A stretch of 63,894 nt of DNA, filler included, from Reticulomyxa filosa (Eukaryota > Protista > Foraminifera): assembly GCA_000512085.1 (NCBI GenBank). It is 21 parts of 21 records of this genome, joined end to end, with 100 filler letters (N's around TTAATTAATTAA, not from the genome) between each part and the next. Parts side by side here need not be neighbours in the genome. Positions count along the whole stretch, not along the records: positions 4,220 to 15,221 come from ASPP01006199.1; positions 15,322 to 16,646 come from ASPP01012279.1; positions 16,747 to 29,809 come from ASPP01020687.1; 18 more parts are not named here. One strand, written 5' to 3'. The notes beneath the pieces are model-generated. The model did not search any database. It saw only the letters and a program-made list of their open reading frames with translations, and was not told where the DNA came from. A program made the position numbers and the translations under genes. Position 1 is the first letter of the stretch. The number at the start of each line of letters is the position of its first letter. Below are positions 13,601 to 26,399 of this stretch, piece by piece.

Positions 13601-14508
13601 AAACGAAAATTGGGCAAACTTGGAGTTGTACAATGAAGTGGTTAAAGTTGTTATCAATCTTACCAGCGCCGAGGAAAATGCACAAGCATATGCACACAAA
13701 GCGGCGATCCCATTGCTAAAGGCAATCGAAAGACACACCGAGGTAATGTTTTTGCAAAATGCTGCAGCTGCCATGACAAGCATGTCTTTGTATCCTGTCG
13801 CCTCCAAGTATTTAGTCAAGCGTGGTGCTGTTGCGGTAATCATCAAATCAGCCATTGATAACAAAGACAGGAAAAATCTGCTCGTGCGTTACATGCGAAT
13901 CATATCCAATTTTTTATACACCGAAAGTCGAACCAGTGACGAGTGTTTTAAAACAAATGCTTATTCTGTTTTCGAAGAACTCACACAAGAAGACAAAGAG
14001 GATAAAAGTGTACAAAAAGAATGGCGTGAGTTTGTAACTGCATATCGCATGAAAACTCAAAGATCTTCGTCTTTCATTGGAGCCAAGCACTACTCTATCC
14101 CGATTCAAGATCGCTTAGATCGTGCTTATCTGCGACTGTTGACTGGTGGCACAATTGTTATCAAACACAAAGGCAGAGGCACCAAGCCTCACAAAAAAAT
14201 TATTCGTGCAGATGAAACATGCACGAGACTGTTATTGAAAAAACCCTGATGACACCAGCAACAAAGCTGATACTGACAAACATGCGAAACAAATTTTAAT
14301 GACTGCTGTCAAAGAAATTAAGTCTGGTAATGATCATCCATGGCTTAGAGGGATACCAAATGACAAATGCTTCCAAATCGTTGCTTCAGATCCAAATGGA
14401 AAAGATTTTTATGTCTGTTTGGAAACTTTGACCCCTGAAGTATGCCAACGTTGGGTAGAAGCATTACAAAGTTTCATGCAAATAGTGCAAACCAGTGAAA
14501 AAAATTAA
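7582..14508 (+). CDS. Giant armadillo-repeat protein with C-terminal PH domain (GAC-like architecture); 10 exons, ~1,950 aa
   Basis: Exons 7582-8082, ~8202/8210-9016, 9195-9884, 10017-10607, 10735-11332, 11430-11813, 11884-12377, 12457-12690, 12801-13479, 13567-14508. Intron phases match from the end of exon 2 onward. ARM-like repeats (GG...I..M..H..., CLGCIGNL, ALRCLANF). PLC/ELMO-type PH domain at the end (LLTGGTIVIKH...CFQIV...LET...CQRWVEALQ). One extra base at ~14244-14246 (AAAAAACCC) interrupts the PH domain. Confidence 0.88.
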
Positions 14509-15562
14509 TAAAAGAGTTTAAAAGAAGAAGGAGGGATTTCCATTTTTTTTCTATTGTGTGCTAATATTTGAAACTATTTTTGTCACAATCAATTGTGTTA
14601 CTTTTTTGATGCAACAAATCGATTGTGTGTTGTCAAGATATATGAAAAAAATTATAATGAAATAACAACTCACTCATTCACAAATATTCTATCAGCTTAT
14701 CCGTTAGTAACATTTTTTTAGAGAAAAAAATAAAAGAGTGATCTCCAATAGGACATCCAACATATGTCTCACAATTGGCGTCCATCTTTTTATACTTGAA
14801 ACTTTGGTTAATGCCTTCTTCACTTGTCCCTGCAAAGCGATTAAAATAAGACAATATCTTTCCAATGCCAGATAAAAGATAATTATTACAATATTTAGTT
14901 TTTTTGGAAAGATAAAAATTTAATTATTAAATTAGAAAATGCCAAAACATGATCTAGACATTTGCCACTGCAACACTGCACTACAAAATAAAAAAGTTTA
15001 CAACACAAATTGCAAAGCAGTGTTTTGGTATTATTACTGTGGCTATGTCGGCCCAAATGATGTGCAACAATAGTAATGATTTCCTTTTCCAGCCGTTTGG
15101 AATGATTTGTTGGTCTTGTCATCTGAATATAGATTTTCGCGTAGAGAAAGAAAATTCATTGAACAAAATTTGCGAATGAAATTCTTTTTAATAAAAACTG
15201 AGTTTTACTAGTTAAAATCTANNNNNNNNNNNNNNNNNNNNNNNNNNNNNNNNNNNNNNNNNNNNTTAATTAATTAANNNNNNNNNNNNNNNNNNNNNNN
15301 NNNNNNNNNNNNNNNNNNNNNACAACACAATCAAGCAAAATGTGGTGCTACACACACTAGATTCATTAACATTTTCAAAAAAGAACTAAAGGACGTGACC
15401 GAAACACGTATAATTAGCCAATACACAACACCAAAGAAAACAATGCTCACCAAACGGTTTCCAGTTTTTATTTTGACGAAGACAAAAAATGGAGTAAAAT
15501 GATATTTTCAAAAAAAAAAGCAATAATAATAGTGATGAAAACATATAAATTTGCAATTGACA

Positions 15563-16524
15563 TCAAAGAAGCAGCTGCTCATCTTCAGATTCATCAATTT
15601 GATCCATTTCAATAAAACCACAGTAATACTTGTTTACATTAATAATCTTTCGCACCAACAAGGGATGCAGGAAATCACATTCAATGATATTGACTTTGTG
15701 AATCATTTGTTGTGTCAATCCTCTAAGTATTTGTCCGGTGACAAATTCAACATCGCAACGTAACCCAAACAGCCCATGAAGGAGTTGATGGAATACATAA
15801 AGAGGTGTAAATTTAGCAGTAACTTGAGCATTGACCAAATACCAATGTTTTTTGCATTGGCATCCATTAGCTGTGTCGGTGATTTTTGCTTCCATTGTTA
15901 CCGTAGGGTAGCATTCCTTTGTGCAAATATTTAGTGTAACTTCTAATGATCGTTTTTGTATATTCATCTCGGTTTTGTCTTCCACACTGCCAACAATTTC
16001 AATTTGCTGAGGAGTTAACTCTTTCTTCGTTTCCTTGCCAGAGTGTTCACTGCAATCAGGTTGATTTTCCGATCCAAAATAAAGAGGCCTAAAGATTTTT
16101 TTGTTATCAGGCAGTCCTTCAATCCAACTCACAATGTTGCGGAGCAGAGGCTTGGGTAATTCTGACTGCGTTTGGAGCCATGAAGTCACCATTTGATATT
16201 CATTGAATGCAAATTCATAAAACAATATTACATTCCATTGCTTTGCCAACAAATCTGTAATACGCATATCCAATATATTACCATTGCATCCGTGATCGTT
16301 TACAATTGGGGCCAATCGATTTCCTACCTGCTGTTCAATGATTTCTACCAGCTGAATGAGTGTCGGAGGATTTTGTTTCCATCCTTTTTCGCACTTCACT
16401 CGCAATATAACAATTTCGCTTGGATATTTGTTCAGATATTTGCCAACATGTTTCATCACCTTCTCAAATTTTACGCTGACAAAATTGCGATGTGCACACA
16501 CAATTTCGCCATTTGGGAATTGTC
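15563..16524 (-). CDS. PI-PLC X-domain (PLCXD-like) phosphodiesterase, 3' exon; 5' part missing
   Basis: EIVCAHRNFVSVKFEKVMKHVGKYLNKYPSEIVILRVK matches the X-domain H...FL..HP.E.VIL pattern. Also TDLLAKQWNVILFY, LVNAQVTA and VNIIECDF. Acceptor AG at 16525. Confidence 0.8.
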
Positions 16525-17429
16525 CTTTTCGAGTGTAAGCAATGGGATCAAACACAAAACAAAGCAAAAAAAAATAAAAATAAAAACGAGAGGAAAGAAA
16601 ATGACGTACACAAAATTATGAATTTCGATCAATCTAATTTAAAAAANNNNNNNNNNNNNNNNNNNNNNNNNNNNNNNNNNNNNNNNNNNNTTAATTAATT
16701 AANNNNNNNNNNNNNNNNNNNNNNNNNNNNNNNNNNNNNNNNNNNNAAAGAAAGCAAGAAATGCATTGAAAAACCTGACTCACTGCATCAAAAATATTTG
16801 CCTTTCCTTGTTATTAGGAAGCTCATTGTTGCTGGTTCAAAGAAGACTGTTTTTTTAGTTAAAAAATGAAAGTACGCATACATTTGGCACCTTTTTGGAT
16901 TGCATTTATTTTGAATAATGAAATGTTCAACAACATCAAATAATACAATTGTTTTTTCAAAAACAAAATCCTTTAAAAAATGACAAGTTCGTTTTTAACT
17001 GGTCTTTTGGGGAGTCTTTGTTGTTCTTTTAAATGCTCCGATTGAGATTGAAGAGTCGATTCCCAAAGAGTGTTATTCATTATTATCATTAGATCATAAA
17101 AGGATAAATTGTAATACAAATTTAAAAGAATCAGGAAATTGAAACAAATACGATTCATGTCCCATTTCAACACTAGCATTTCTTGATGTTTTATTCTTTT
17201 TTTTTCTTTCTACTTGCTTTTACAAGATGCTAAAACAAAAAGAATAAAACAAACTGAGGAGAAAGAGTTCTCCTTGAAATATATTCAACACTTGTTTTGC
17301 ATTATCCGTCGTCACGTAAATAAAAAACAATCAATCGATTATAAAAGTGTAAATCTTCTGATTCAACATGTACACAGCTTGGTTTGCAAAAATTAACAAC
17401 AGTAATCATGTAAATTGGCATAAAATTTG

Positions 17430-19400
17430 CAACATTTTTGTTAACTTTGTCTTTATTTGGAAAACTGAAAAAACAAACTGTGATTTAGAGTTTTGACAAA
17501 AAAAAAAGAACTATCCTTTTTTTACGAAAGGACAGAGCACTGTCAAAGAAGAGAGGAAAAAAAAAGTTAGGGAAACGACAATGACAACAAAGAAAGCAAA
17601 TGCTGATGAAGTCGCAAAATGTTTCTTTGAAGAGTTGAGTGAAAAGTACATTTTTTTTAACACAACTTTAAACATTACTGTGTTTCGAACAGCAGGATCG
17701 AACAAATGATTTTTTTTTTTACTCACGAAAACAATTGGTTTGTGGTATTCGAGCTGATCTTTTGGCTACTCGAACTTGTATCCATAATGAAATTGATATC
17801 AATAGAAACGAGTGGTCATTATTATGGTGATTATTTTTGTAATGATTATTTTAATTTGCATTGGTTGGCGAACAAAGAATCAATAAGTCGCTGATCAGCC
17901 TTAAGCTATCTCCAATTATTCTACAGGTAGGCAAGTGAATCACTTTTTTTATTTTTTTTTTTGTCCGAGGACGACTTTTTTTAAAATTTGTTTGTACGTA
18001 CTTGATGCAGATATTGATGTTGCTATTTTCAGTTATCTTGCGGTTAGTCCCCTCAACTCGATGCTTTAGTAGTTCAGCTTTTTTTTTTTGTTAATGACAC
18101 GAGTGTCTATCACTTTTTTTTTTTTATTAGAAATATTATACAAAAAAACATTTTTTTTTTTATAAAAAAAAAGGATTTGTTGGTTTTGCTGCGATGATGC
18201 ACAAATATGTCGAATTCATGATTGGGAATATCTGATTTACAAGGCAAGAACACTCATTCATTAGAAACGTGGTGATTATCTTGTACGTATATTTCATGGC
18301 CACGTTTTTGGCATTCATGCCAATAAATACGTTCTTGGCTGCGATGGTCCAACACGTCTGTCTGACCCTGAAAATAGCAATACGTATGGAAATTCGATTA
18401 ATAGAAGCGAAGAAAGACCCAAAAGGAAACCAAAAACAGAAGTGGCAAACGGTTAAAAGTAGTCTGTGCTCAGAAACTGCGGATGATGCAGTTTAGTTTT
18501 TTTTTTATTTACTTTTTTAAAGATAATGAAAAAATTTACTTTGTTTTTTTTTTTTTTAGGTTATGGCTCTAATACGTATTACTGGAGATGGCAAAGAAGT
18601 GGAACATCAGAAGATAAGAAGATAGCAAGAGAGTTTGTCAGGCAAAGGGCAATAACTTATTCAAAGTGTTTGCATGGGAAGGCAAAATTATTTTGTTGGC
18701 GCTTTTTTAATTGTATTGGCCAACGGACTGCTTATATGGTATTCGCCTAGTTATGCTTCTCTCTCATGTGCTATGTCCAAAGATTAAATGTTTTTTGGTT
18801 ACGACCAAGTCTATTTTTGTAAATTCGAGGGGAGTGGGGAAAAACATTTTCGACGTGTTTTTTTTTTAGAGTCGTGTTTTGTCTGTTTTTATTGTTTGTT
18901 TTTTTTGGATTTCATGGGTGACAATTTGTCTCCCTTTTTAAATTGATAAGTATTTTTTTTGGAATGAAACCAAAACAACATAAAGCCACTCTTTTTTTGC
19001 TTCTTCACTGAAACAGTCACACATACCAATCAATTCTTTTTTTCTTTGATCGCGAAATGACAAAAATATCTTGCCTTTTATGCTCTAGCTGTTGGATCAC
19101 ATACTACGCATTGTGGGTCATTTTGTATCAATTGTGGGTCATTTTTATATTTTTTTGAACCGATTATTAAAAAATAGTACTTTTTTTTAGAAAAAAGTAC
19201 TTAGTAGGGGGAAGGTGGTCCCCTATTTTTTATTTTCTTTTGTTTAATAGTTGTTGCTGGCTTACAAAGTTAGGTAGTTGTTAGCAAGGACTTTATCCTT
19301 TGGTTAAGAACATGCATCTCTACAAAATGACTAAAGGCAACTGCGTCTACAAGCATAGAGATGAGATTGACTTCGCCAACAGAAAAGAGAACGAACATGT
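17430..19400 (+). pseudogene. Decayed multi-pass membrane protein gene (possibly GPCR-like) plus flank; copy A of a local duplication
   Basis: Hydrophobic broken ORFs (VVIILYVYFMATFLAFMPINTFLAAMV). Collinear similarity to ~23830-26160; for example cattgtgggtcattttg...ttgtgggtcatttttatattttttt(t)gaaccgattat occurs in both. Confidence 0.55.
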
Positions 19401-21217
19401 GAACTACGAAGACGAAAAGACTTTCGTGAGAAATAAAAGATTGGACTATAGACATCAATGCGGACAGACACATGTAAGTGGAATAGAAATGGAAGGCAGA
19501 GATCTATCAAAAAAAATCATACTATTCAGTTTTTTTATCGATGGCTTTGTTCAGTACAAAAAAAATCTTCAAAAAAAAGGGTGTATCTGCAAACAAAAAG
19601 AGTTTTTAAATCAAATCACAGTAATGTCTTCTTTTTGTTTTGATAGTCATGACATGATTGCCTTTATCTTCCACTTATTTCAATGGAATACTATTAAGAA
19701 AACTTTGCAAGCGCGCACAAAAAAGACAACGGAAAGATTTTTGTAAACGGTGTTGATGTTATTCTTTCACACTTTGGATAGCAAATTTACCACTAGATGC
19801 CTATCCAAACACTTTGTACAATGCCTTTTTTTTACAGATTATCTCTTCATCCATAATGAAATAACCAATCGTACCTTTGCCACTGGCAAGCTTCATCCGA
19901 TTGTTTTCCAAATGCTGTCGATTGGTATTGATAATAATAAGCATCGTTCATGTTTGGAAACTGCTGACTATAGTCAGTGGGACGACTATTTCTTTCATCA
20001 TTTCTATTTCAAACAGCAACTTCTCCTTGCCATTTCTTTTTTCATTTCCTTTGGTTTTCTTCCGTTTATATTGAAACATCCCCTTTGTGAGGAGAAGCAA
20101 GCATAGCCAAAGAATGAGGTCATAGCCAACCACTGGCTAAAGTTGCAAAGCAACAACAACCATTAAGAAGAAGAAAATAAATACTTTTAGATACGCTTGT
20201 CTAGTTAACTAAAGACGAGATTTGAAAAATGAGAAAACATCAAATGCAATTAAAAAACAGCAATCACAAACAAATCTCTCTTTGAAAACAAAAGCACACA
20301 ATTTATTGAGTATTAACATTGTTCAAATATCACGTTTTTTTGCAATGTCCATGAGAAATTGCATCTCGTCGGTCAAACCTGTCAAGCAATTGTCCGCTCT
20401 TACGTCAAAAGACTTTTTTGTTCTTTTCGTGTTCTTCATGAATTGAATGCATTGAAAAGACTCTTTGCTTGTTATTCCAACGTATATACATGTGTCATTG
20501 TTAAAAGTTTTTCTCTTTGCATTTGCGAGTTTTTTATTCTAATTCTTCTCGCCGTGTGATTTTGCAAAAAAAAAAAGCATGATCATCAAGTCTCAGACTC
20601 ACAGGCAGTCAGTAATTACCCTTACTAAGCCAATAGTATTTCCAAAGTAGAAAATTCTTTTTTTTTAGAGGAAAAAAAGAAGAGAGACGGGGAGAAAAAA
20701 ACAAAATGAAAAGATTTTGAAATGTGTAATGAGTTGTCTTTTTCCTGTTGTGGGTTTGTTGTAGCCATTTGGGTGAAAATTATGACAATCACTTGTTCGA
20801 AATATGACCAAGACAAAAGTTAATTGAGAAGACTGTCCTTTTGTATATTTTTATGCAGGTGTTTTTGTTGAGCTGTTGCAGGTTAGAATAGATAAAGGCG
20901 GGTCAATAAAACTTCTTCATGTCTGTTTGTTGCCCGCTGTTCAAGCAAAAAATTATTCATTATTTTTAAGCATGAAATCGTTTTCATTTTGTTTTGGCCA
21001 AGTAATCGGAAAATTTTTTTTGAAAGGTAACTATCAGAATTTACAACCAAAAAAGCAAATAAAAAAAACGTGGCCAAATGAAATTGACACAATCAAAAGA
21101 AGAGACCAGCAGTTTTGTGAATTAAGGAACAAATAAATACAGCAACAAGAGACATAGCTCTTTCATTTTGTATTATCATTTATAAAAATTGGAATAATTT
21201 TTTTAACTTTTTCGTTT

Positions 21218-21840
21218 TCACATGAGATTGCAACCACAACCAATAGAATTAGAAATAGCGGCTGAAGCTTTGTCACTGAACTTGGTTTGTGGAGAGGGAT
21301 CTGCGATTCTACCAACAAACCACACTAAATCACTTTGAGTTGTCAAATCAAATGGATAATTGAAAGATTTTTTGACGACATCATTTTTAGTAATTTTAAT
21401 TGGCGTTTCTGGCGATTTTATTTCTTCATTAACGTGTTTTGTATAAGCAGAGGTAAATCTGGTCTCATCCACACATATGTGAATCTGTTGAATCAATTGC
21501 GACATATGCAAGCCTCTCTCTTTGGTGTTATTACACATTTTGCTAAAATCGGCTTCAGTTGGGTCAAAAGCCACCATTTAAGTGTTGTGACTCCTCCAAA
21601 AACTGAGCAATATCCATATGAGTTACAATATCCATTTTTGGAATTTGTAAATCAACACATACTTCTTCGCAAAGAAACTAACGTCAAAGATGCCTGGCTA
21701 AAATCACAATAGGTATATTTGATCAAAACCAACGACAAACTTTGCAACAAGTCGTCATGCAGCAAATGATAGTTTACAACAACGCAGCACTTCCCATCAG
21801 TTAGTATCTTTGAACTTAAGCTGTTTCTGACTTGTCGGTA
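21218..21840 (-). pseudogene. Serpin, C-terminal half, frameshifted; ends in CaaX motif (CNLM)
   Basis: VDLQIPKMDIVTHMDIAQFL (strand s2C/s6A-like), frameshift at ~21578, then AFDPTEADFSKM...LHMSQLIQQIHICVDE...FNYPF...LVWFVGRIADP, the serpin C-terminal signature. Further frame breaks upstream. Confidence 0.75.
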
Positions 21841-23569
21841 AAGCAAAAGCATTACAGATAGAAAATAAAAAAATGGAACCAACCCCTTTTGCGACCTTTG
21901 ATCCGATATGATTTTCATTTGCTTGCAGAAAGAAAAGAAAGGAAAAATCAAGCTAAAACATGACTTTGAAGAAATAATGCAATTTTCAAACATTTTCGTT
22001 ATTACAATTTCAACAGAGCAAAGTAAAAGAGGGAACAAGTTCTATCAAACCAAAAAAACTCTCTAAGCTATCTTTTTAGGAATAACAAGGTAGATTTTCT
22101 TTTTTGTCCAAGAAATGACAAATAGAAAACTTGCAAGTATAATTTCTTTGTCTATTAGCTACTCAGAATTCTAGGACAACTTCCGTTTGCAAACTGAAAG
22201 TAATTTCCTCAAATGTTTATGCATTTTTCCTAATTAAAAGGACATCAAATCTCCGCCACATTTGTAACTATTACAGCGACTTGTTCGATTACAACGTCTT
22301 AAACACTTCGACAATGCTGTCATCTTGACAATTGAGCAACATCTTCTAAGATATTTTATCGGAGTTTTTTTGACTTTTAGAAGGATAAAATATTCTGGTT
22401 TGTTGCTGTCTCTACATTTACCAACAAGTGGCCGTAACAAAGGTGATTAAGCCAACCAAAAAAATGCTACGTCAATTTGTCTTTGTTGTAACGATACAGC
22501 AAGTGTTTTGTTTCGGACATCAAGTAAAAAAAGCTTTGATGTTGCAAATTTCGGTAAAAGAGTTATTAGTCTTTGAAAAAGTCTTAGCAGATCTTCAATT
22601 GTCATTAGGATTCACCGAACAAATAAACTAAATCCCTATTACATTACAACGGTTGCAACCACCTCCTTACCGATGTGTAGCATACCGTGCATACTTATCC
22701 ATCAAACAGATAATTTGTTTTAATATGGAAATTGTGAACTTTTTAAAGTATTACAATTTTTTGTAATGTTAACTTATCTAATTTAACTTATCAGCAAAAT
22801 GTGAGCAAATATTAGCCCAATTTGGTCATATCCTTTACCAATGCATTTATCGTTTCATAGCGTTTGAATTTCTTAATGTAATGAAACGAAACTTAAAGAT
22901 TTCAATGATTAGAAAGAAAAGAATGTATATCGTTAGGAATTAAACTTGTGTTTGTGTTGTTTTGGAGAAACAACAATAATGACAAAGAAAAAATAAAAAA
23001 AATCGAACCACTCCCCTTTTAGGTACCTTTTCTGTTGTCTAATTTTATTGTTGTATTTTGTCAACACAATTTTAGTTTTGATTATTTTTTCTGTAGAAAA
23101 CTATCTACAATGCAATTTTCTTTCGTATGACAGTTTTTTTTACAATTACAATTGTATAGTGCAAATTTCAGCTGTATGTATCAAATAATGTCTTTTTGTG
23201 AAGAATACCATAGAAACTTGATGTTTGTTTTGTAGAGAGAATGGAGTAGACTAAGTGTAATACGAAAAAAAATTTATTTCATCTTTACTTTATTTTACTG
23301 AATTTGGTTTTTTAGGAACTAAGTATTCAACAACAATAAAGAAAACGGGTAAAAGGCACGACAAAACAAGTTATTTGTTGTGAATGAAGTTTTAATCCAC
23401 CAAGATACCACATTTTCTTTATTGTTTAAGATTGCACAATAGGGACTTACCCTACAGTCCTTGTTTTAATTAACCCAAAGGTTGCAAAATTGTAATTTCT
23501 GCTTCACCAAAGAAACTGTAAGAGAAGCTCCTACTATAGAGGGAGAAGAGTGGGCTAAACTTTCTCCAC

Positions 23570-24310
23570 CACTCTTCACTTACAAGTCTTGTTCCTCACT
23601 TTCATCCATTGCTTTCTTTTTTTTTAATTTAGTCTCTGTTTTTGTAGAAATTTGCTCGAAAGAGCTACTAAGCCTTTCGTATTACATTTAATGCACTCGC
23701 ACAAAACATTAATAAATGTTCAAAACAATCTTAAGAGAGTGCAACATTCAACATCGAACACCATGTCTTTATGTTCAAGCCGTACAAAATCGGTCCTTAA
23801 CATAAAACTCTCAACTTGTGGTTGTGTTCAACATGTTGTTAACTTTGTCTTTATTTAGAAATGTGTCAATAATTACGGCTTAGGATTGTGCCTAAAAGAG
23901 ACACTCCATTTTTTTCTCTCTGCTATTGTCCTTTTGAAAAGCAACACCCCAAAATAGACAACCCAAACTTTCTTGATTTTTGACGACACTATAAAGAAAG
24001 TGCATCTATTCTTTTTAAATGTCGCTGTGTTTTTGAACAGATGGAAGATATATAGTCAGTTTCGAAAACTTTAGTCACGGATGAAATCTTCCACTTCTAA
24101 GTCGTAGAGGACACTTTTCCATCTTATTTCTTCTTTTGGGGAATAACACTTTTCAACAAAAGCAAGTTTTCTGGATGATTACATTTTAATTTGTGGAATT
24201 GCACAAAATGTAATACGAAGGGTTTTGCTCTCCTGAGCAGTTTACAACAACAAAAAAAAACAAATGAATAACCAATGGTCAAGTGAAGAGAACAAAAGGG
24301 GTGAAAGTGG
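23570..24310. repeat. Degenerate inverted repeat (~130-bp arms, ~23570-23705 and ~24190-24310)
   Basis: ctcgaaagagctactaagcctttcgtattacatttaatgcactcgcacaaa on + matches the reverse complement of 24192-24240 (ctcaggagagcaaaacccttcgtattacattttgtgcaattccacaaa). Confidence 0.65.
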
Positions 24311-26160
24311 GATGTGTATGTAGTTGGAACACCAGTCCCTTTTTTTGGGAAACAACACTGCCAAAGAAGAGGAAGAAAGAGACTTAGGAAATGGTGATAA
24401 CGGCGACAGAGAGGCCAAATGATCATGTACTCACAAAAAAGCTTTCGATTTTGGTGCTACTATGAAAAGTTGAGTGAAAAAGTCGTTTTTTTTTAACACA
24501 ATTTTTGAGTGTTGCTGTGTTCTTGAACAGCTGGAACGAACAATACAACAATTTTTTTACTCATGAACACAATTGGTCTCATGGTAAAAGAGCTGAGATT
24601 TTAGCTCCTCGCGCTTGTATCCATAATGAAACTGGTGGTCATTACTTTGGGTTTAAAACACAGTAGAAATGACTGTGCTATCGTTGCCACTGTTATTATT
24701 GCAGTGACGTTTGTAATGTTTGTTTTGGTTGGCTATCAAAGAATCCACAGATTGCTGATCGGCTCACTTGGTTAGAACAATTTGAACCAATGTTTTTTTT
24801 TTTAAACCGAAACATACATTTTTTTTTATTGTACGTACTTGATTGTAATAGCGATTGCTATTTGCATTTATCTTGCAGCTAGCCCTTTCGACTCATGGCT
24901 TTAGCAGTTAGCTTTTTTTTTTTTGTTGATGACGTAGACGTATCATTTTTTTTTTTTTTTTAGAAACCGTACACAAAAAATTTTTTCAGAAAAAAAAAAA
25001 GGATTGTTGGTTTTACTATAGTGATACAAAGCTTTGTGGAGTTGTACCTGATTAGAAACGTTTGATTTGGAAAGAAAAAAAAACTCATCCATTGGAAAGG
25101 CGGCGATTGTTTTTTACGTATGTTCATGATCACGCTTTTAGCTTTATTGTCAATGAACACGTTGCGATGGCCATCTACTTTACATCACATTCCCCTGCAA
25201 TCATTGCAAATTTTAACGCATACAGACACAACTGAAAACTAGACAACATAGATAGACAGCGACTAATACAATTGGAATTAAAGCTTGGCTGGAAATAGTC
25301 CAGACTCAGAAGCAACATGGTGCAGTTTAATATTTTTTTTTTTACATTCTTAAAGATGAATATAAAATTTATGTTGGTTTTTTTAGTTTTATGTCTAATG
25401 CGCGTTACTGATTGTGCCAACGAAGTGGCAACGTCTGCGGACAAGAAGACAGCAAAGAGTTCGCAATACAAGGCAACTGCTTACTTTAGCGAAAGAATTA
25501 CTTATATGCTATTTGTTTCGTTGTGTATCCTCAAGCACTGTGTGTAAAAAGTGGTTTTTTGAACCACAAATTTTTTTTCTTACTGGAGTGAAGGGGAGGG
25601 GAAAAAAAGAGGGGAAAAAGTGCTTCCGTTGTTTTTTTTGGAGTATTTTTATCTGTTTTTATTTTTCGATTGTTTTTGCATTGTACTGGTGACACTTTGT
25701 CACCATTTTTAAATGCACTAAATGTTTCTTTTTTTTTGGAATGACATCAAAAGAAAAGAAACTCAACCTTTTTTTGTCTCAGCCATGTTACCCAGCCAAA
25801 TATTCTTTTTTTTTCCATCAGAAAGTGACAAAAAGATATTGCATTTCATGTTCTGATTGTCGGATCGCATACTACACATTGTGGGTCATTTTGAATAAAT
25901 TGTGGGTCATTTTTATATTTTTTTGAACCGATTATCAAAAAAAGTACTTTTTTTTTAGAAAAAACTACTTAGAAGGGAAGACGTGGTCCCATTTTTTTTA
26001 TTCTCTCTTCTATAATGCTTGTTGTCGTGTTACCAAGTTAGGCAGTTTTTTGGCAAGGGCTGCATTCTTTAGTTAATGACATTTCTCTCTGCGCAATGGA
26101 TAACATCAAATGTGTTTACAAGCTCAACATAACCTTTACTTTAACAAAAGAAAAGAGAAA
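23830..26160 (+). pseudogene. Copy B of the decayed membrane-protein gene duplication
   Basis: Same order of blocks as 17430-19400: caacat.ttgttaactttgtctttattt, aagttgagtgaaaa, cttgtatccataatgaaa, aagaatc..cag, gcagttagc/agttcagc-polyT, cattgtgggtcatttt. Confidence 0.55.
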
Positions 26161-26399
26161 CATCAAATCATTGCGTGTGGACTGGAAACGTTGAGACAAT
26201 GAGGAGTTGGTATGTGGTAGTTATGATTACGGACAGACGCCACTACTGATAAAAAGATTGGATAGAAAATATTTTGGGACATAAATAATTGGCTATCACA
26301 TGTATGCGCAATAAAAATAACAGACAAAAAAATTTATTTACTCTTCAACTGTGATCTGATTTAACAATAGAATTATCCAATGCATTTGGACTTTGTTGT

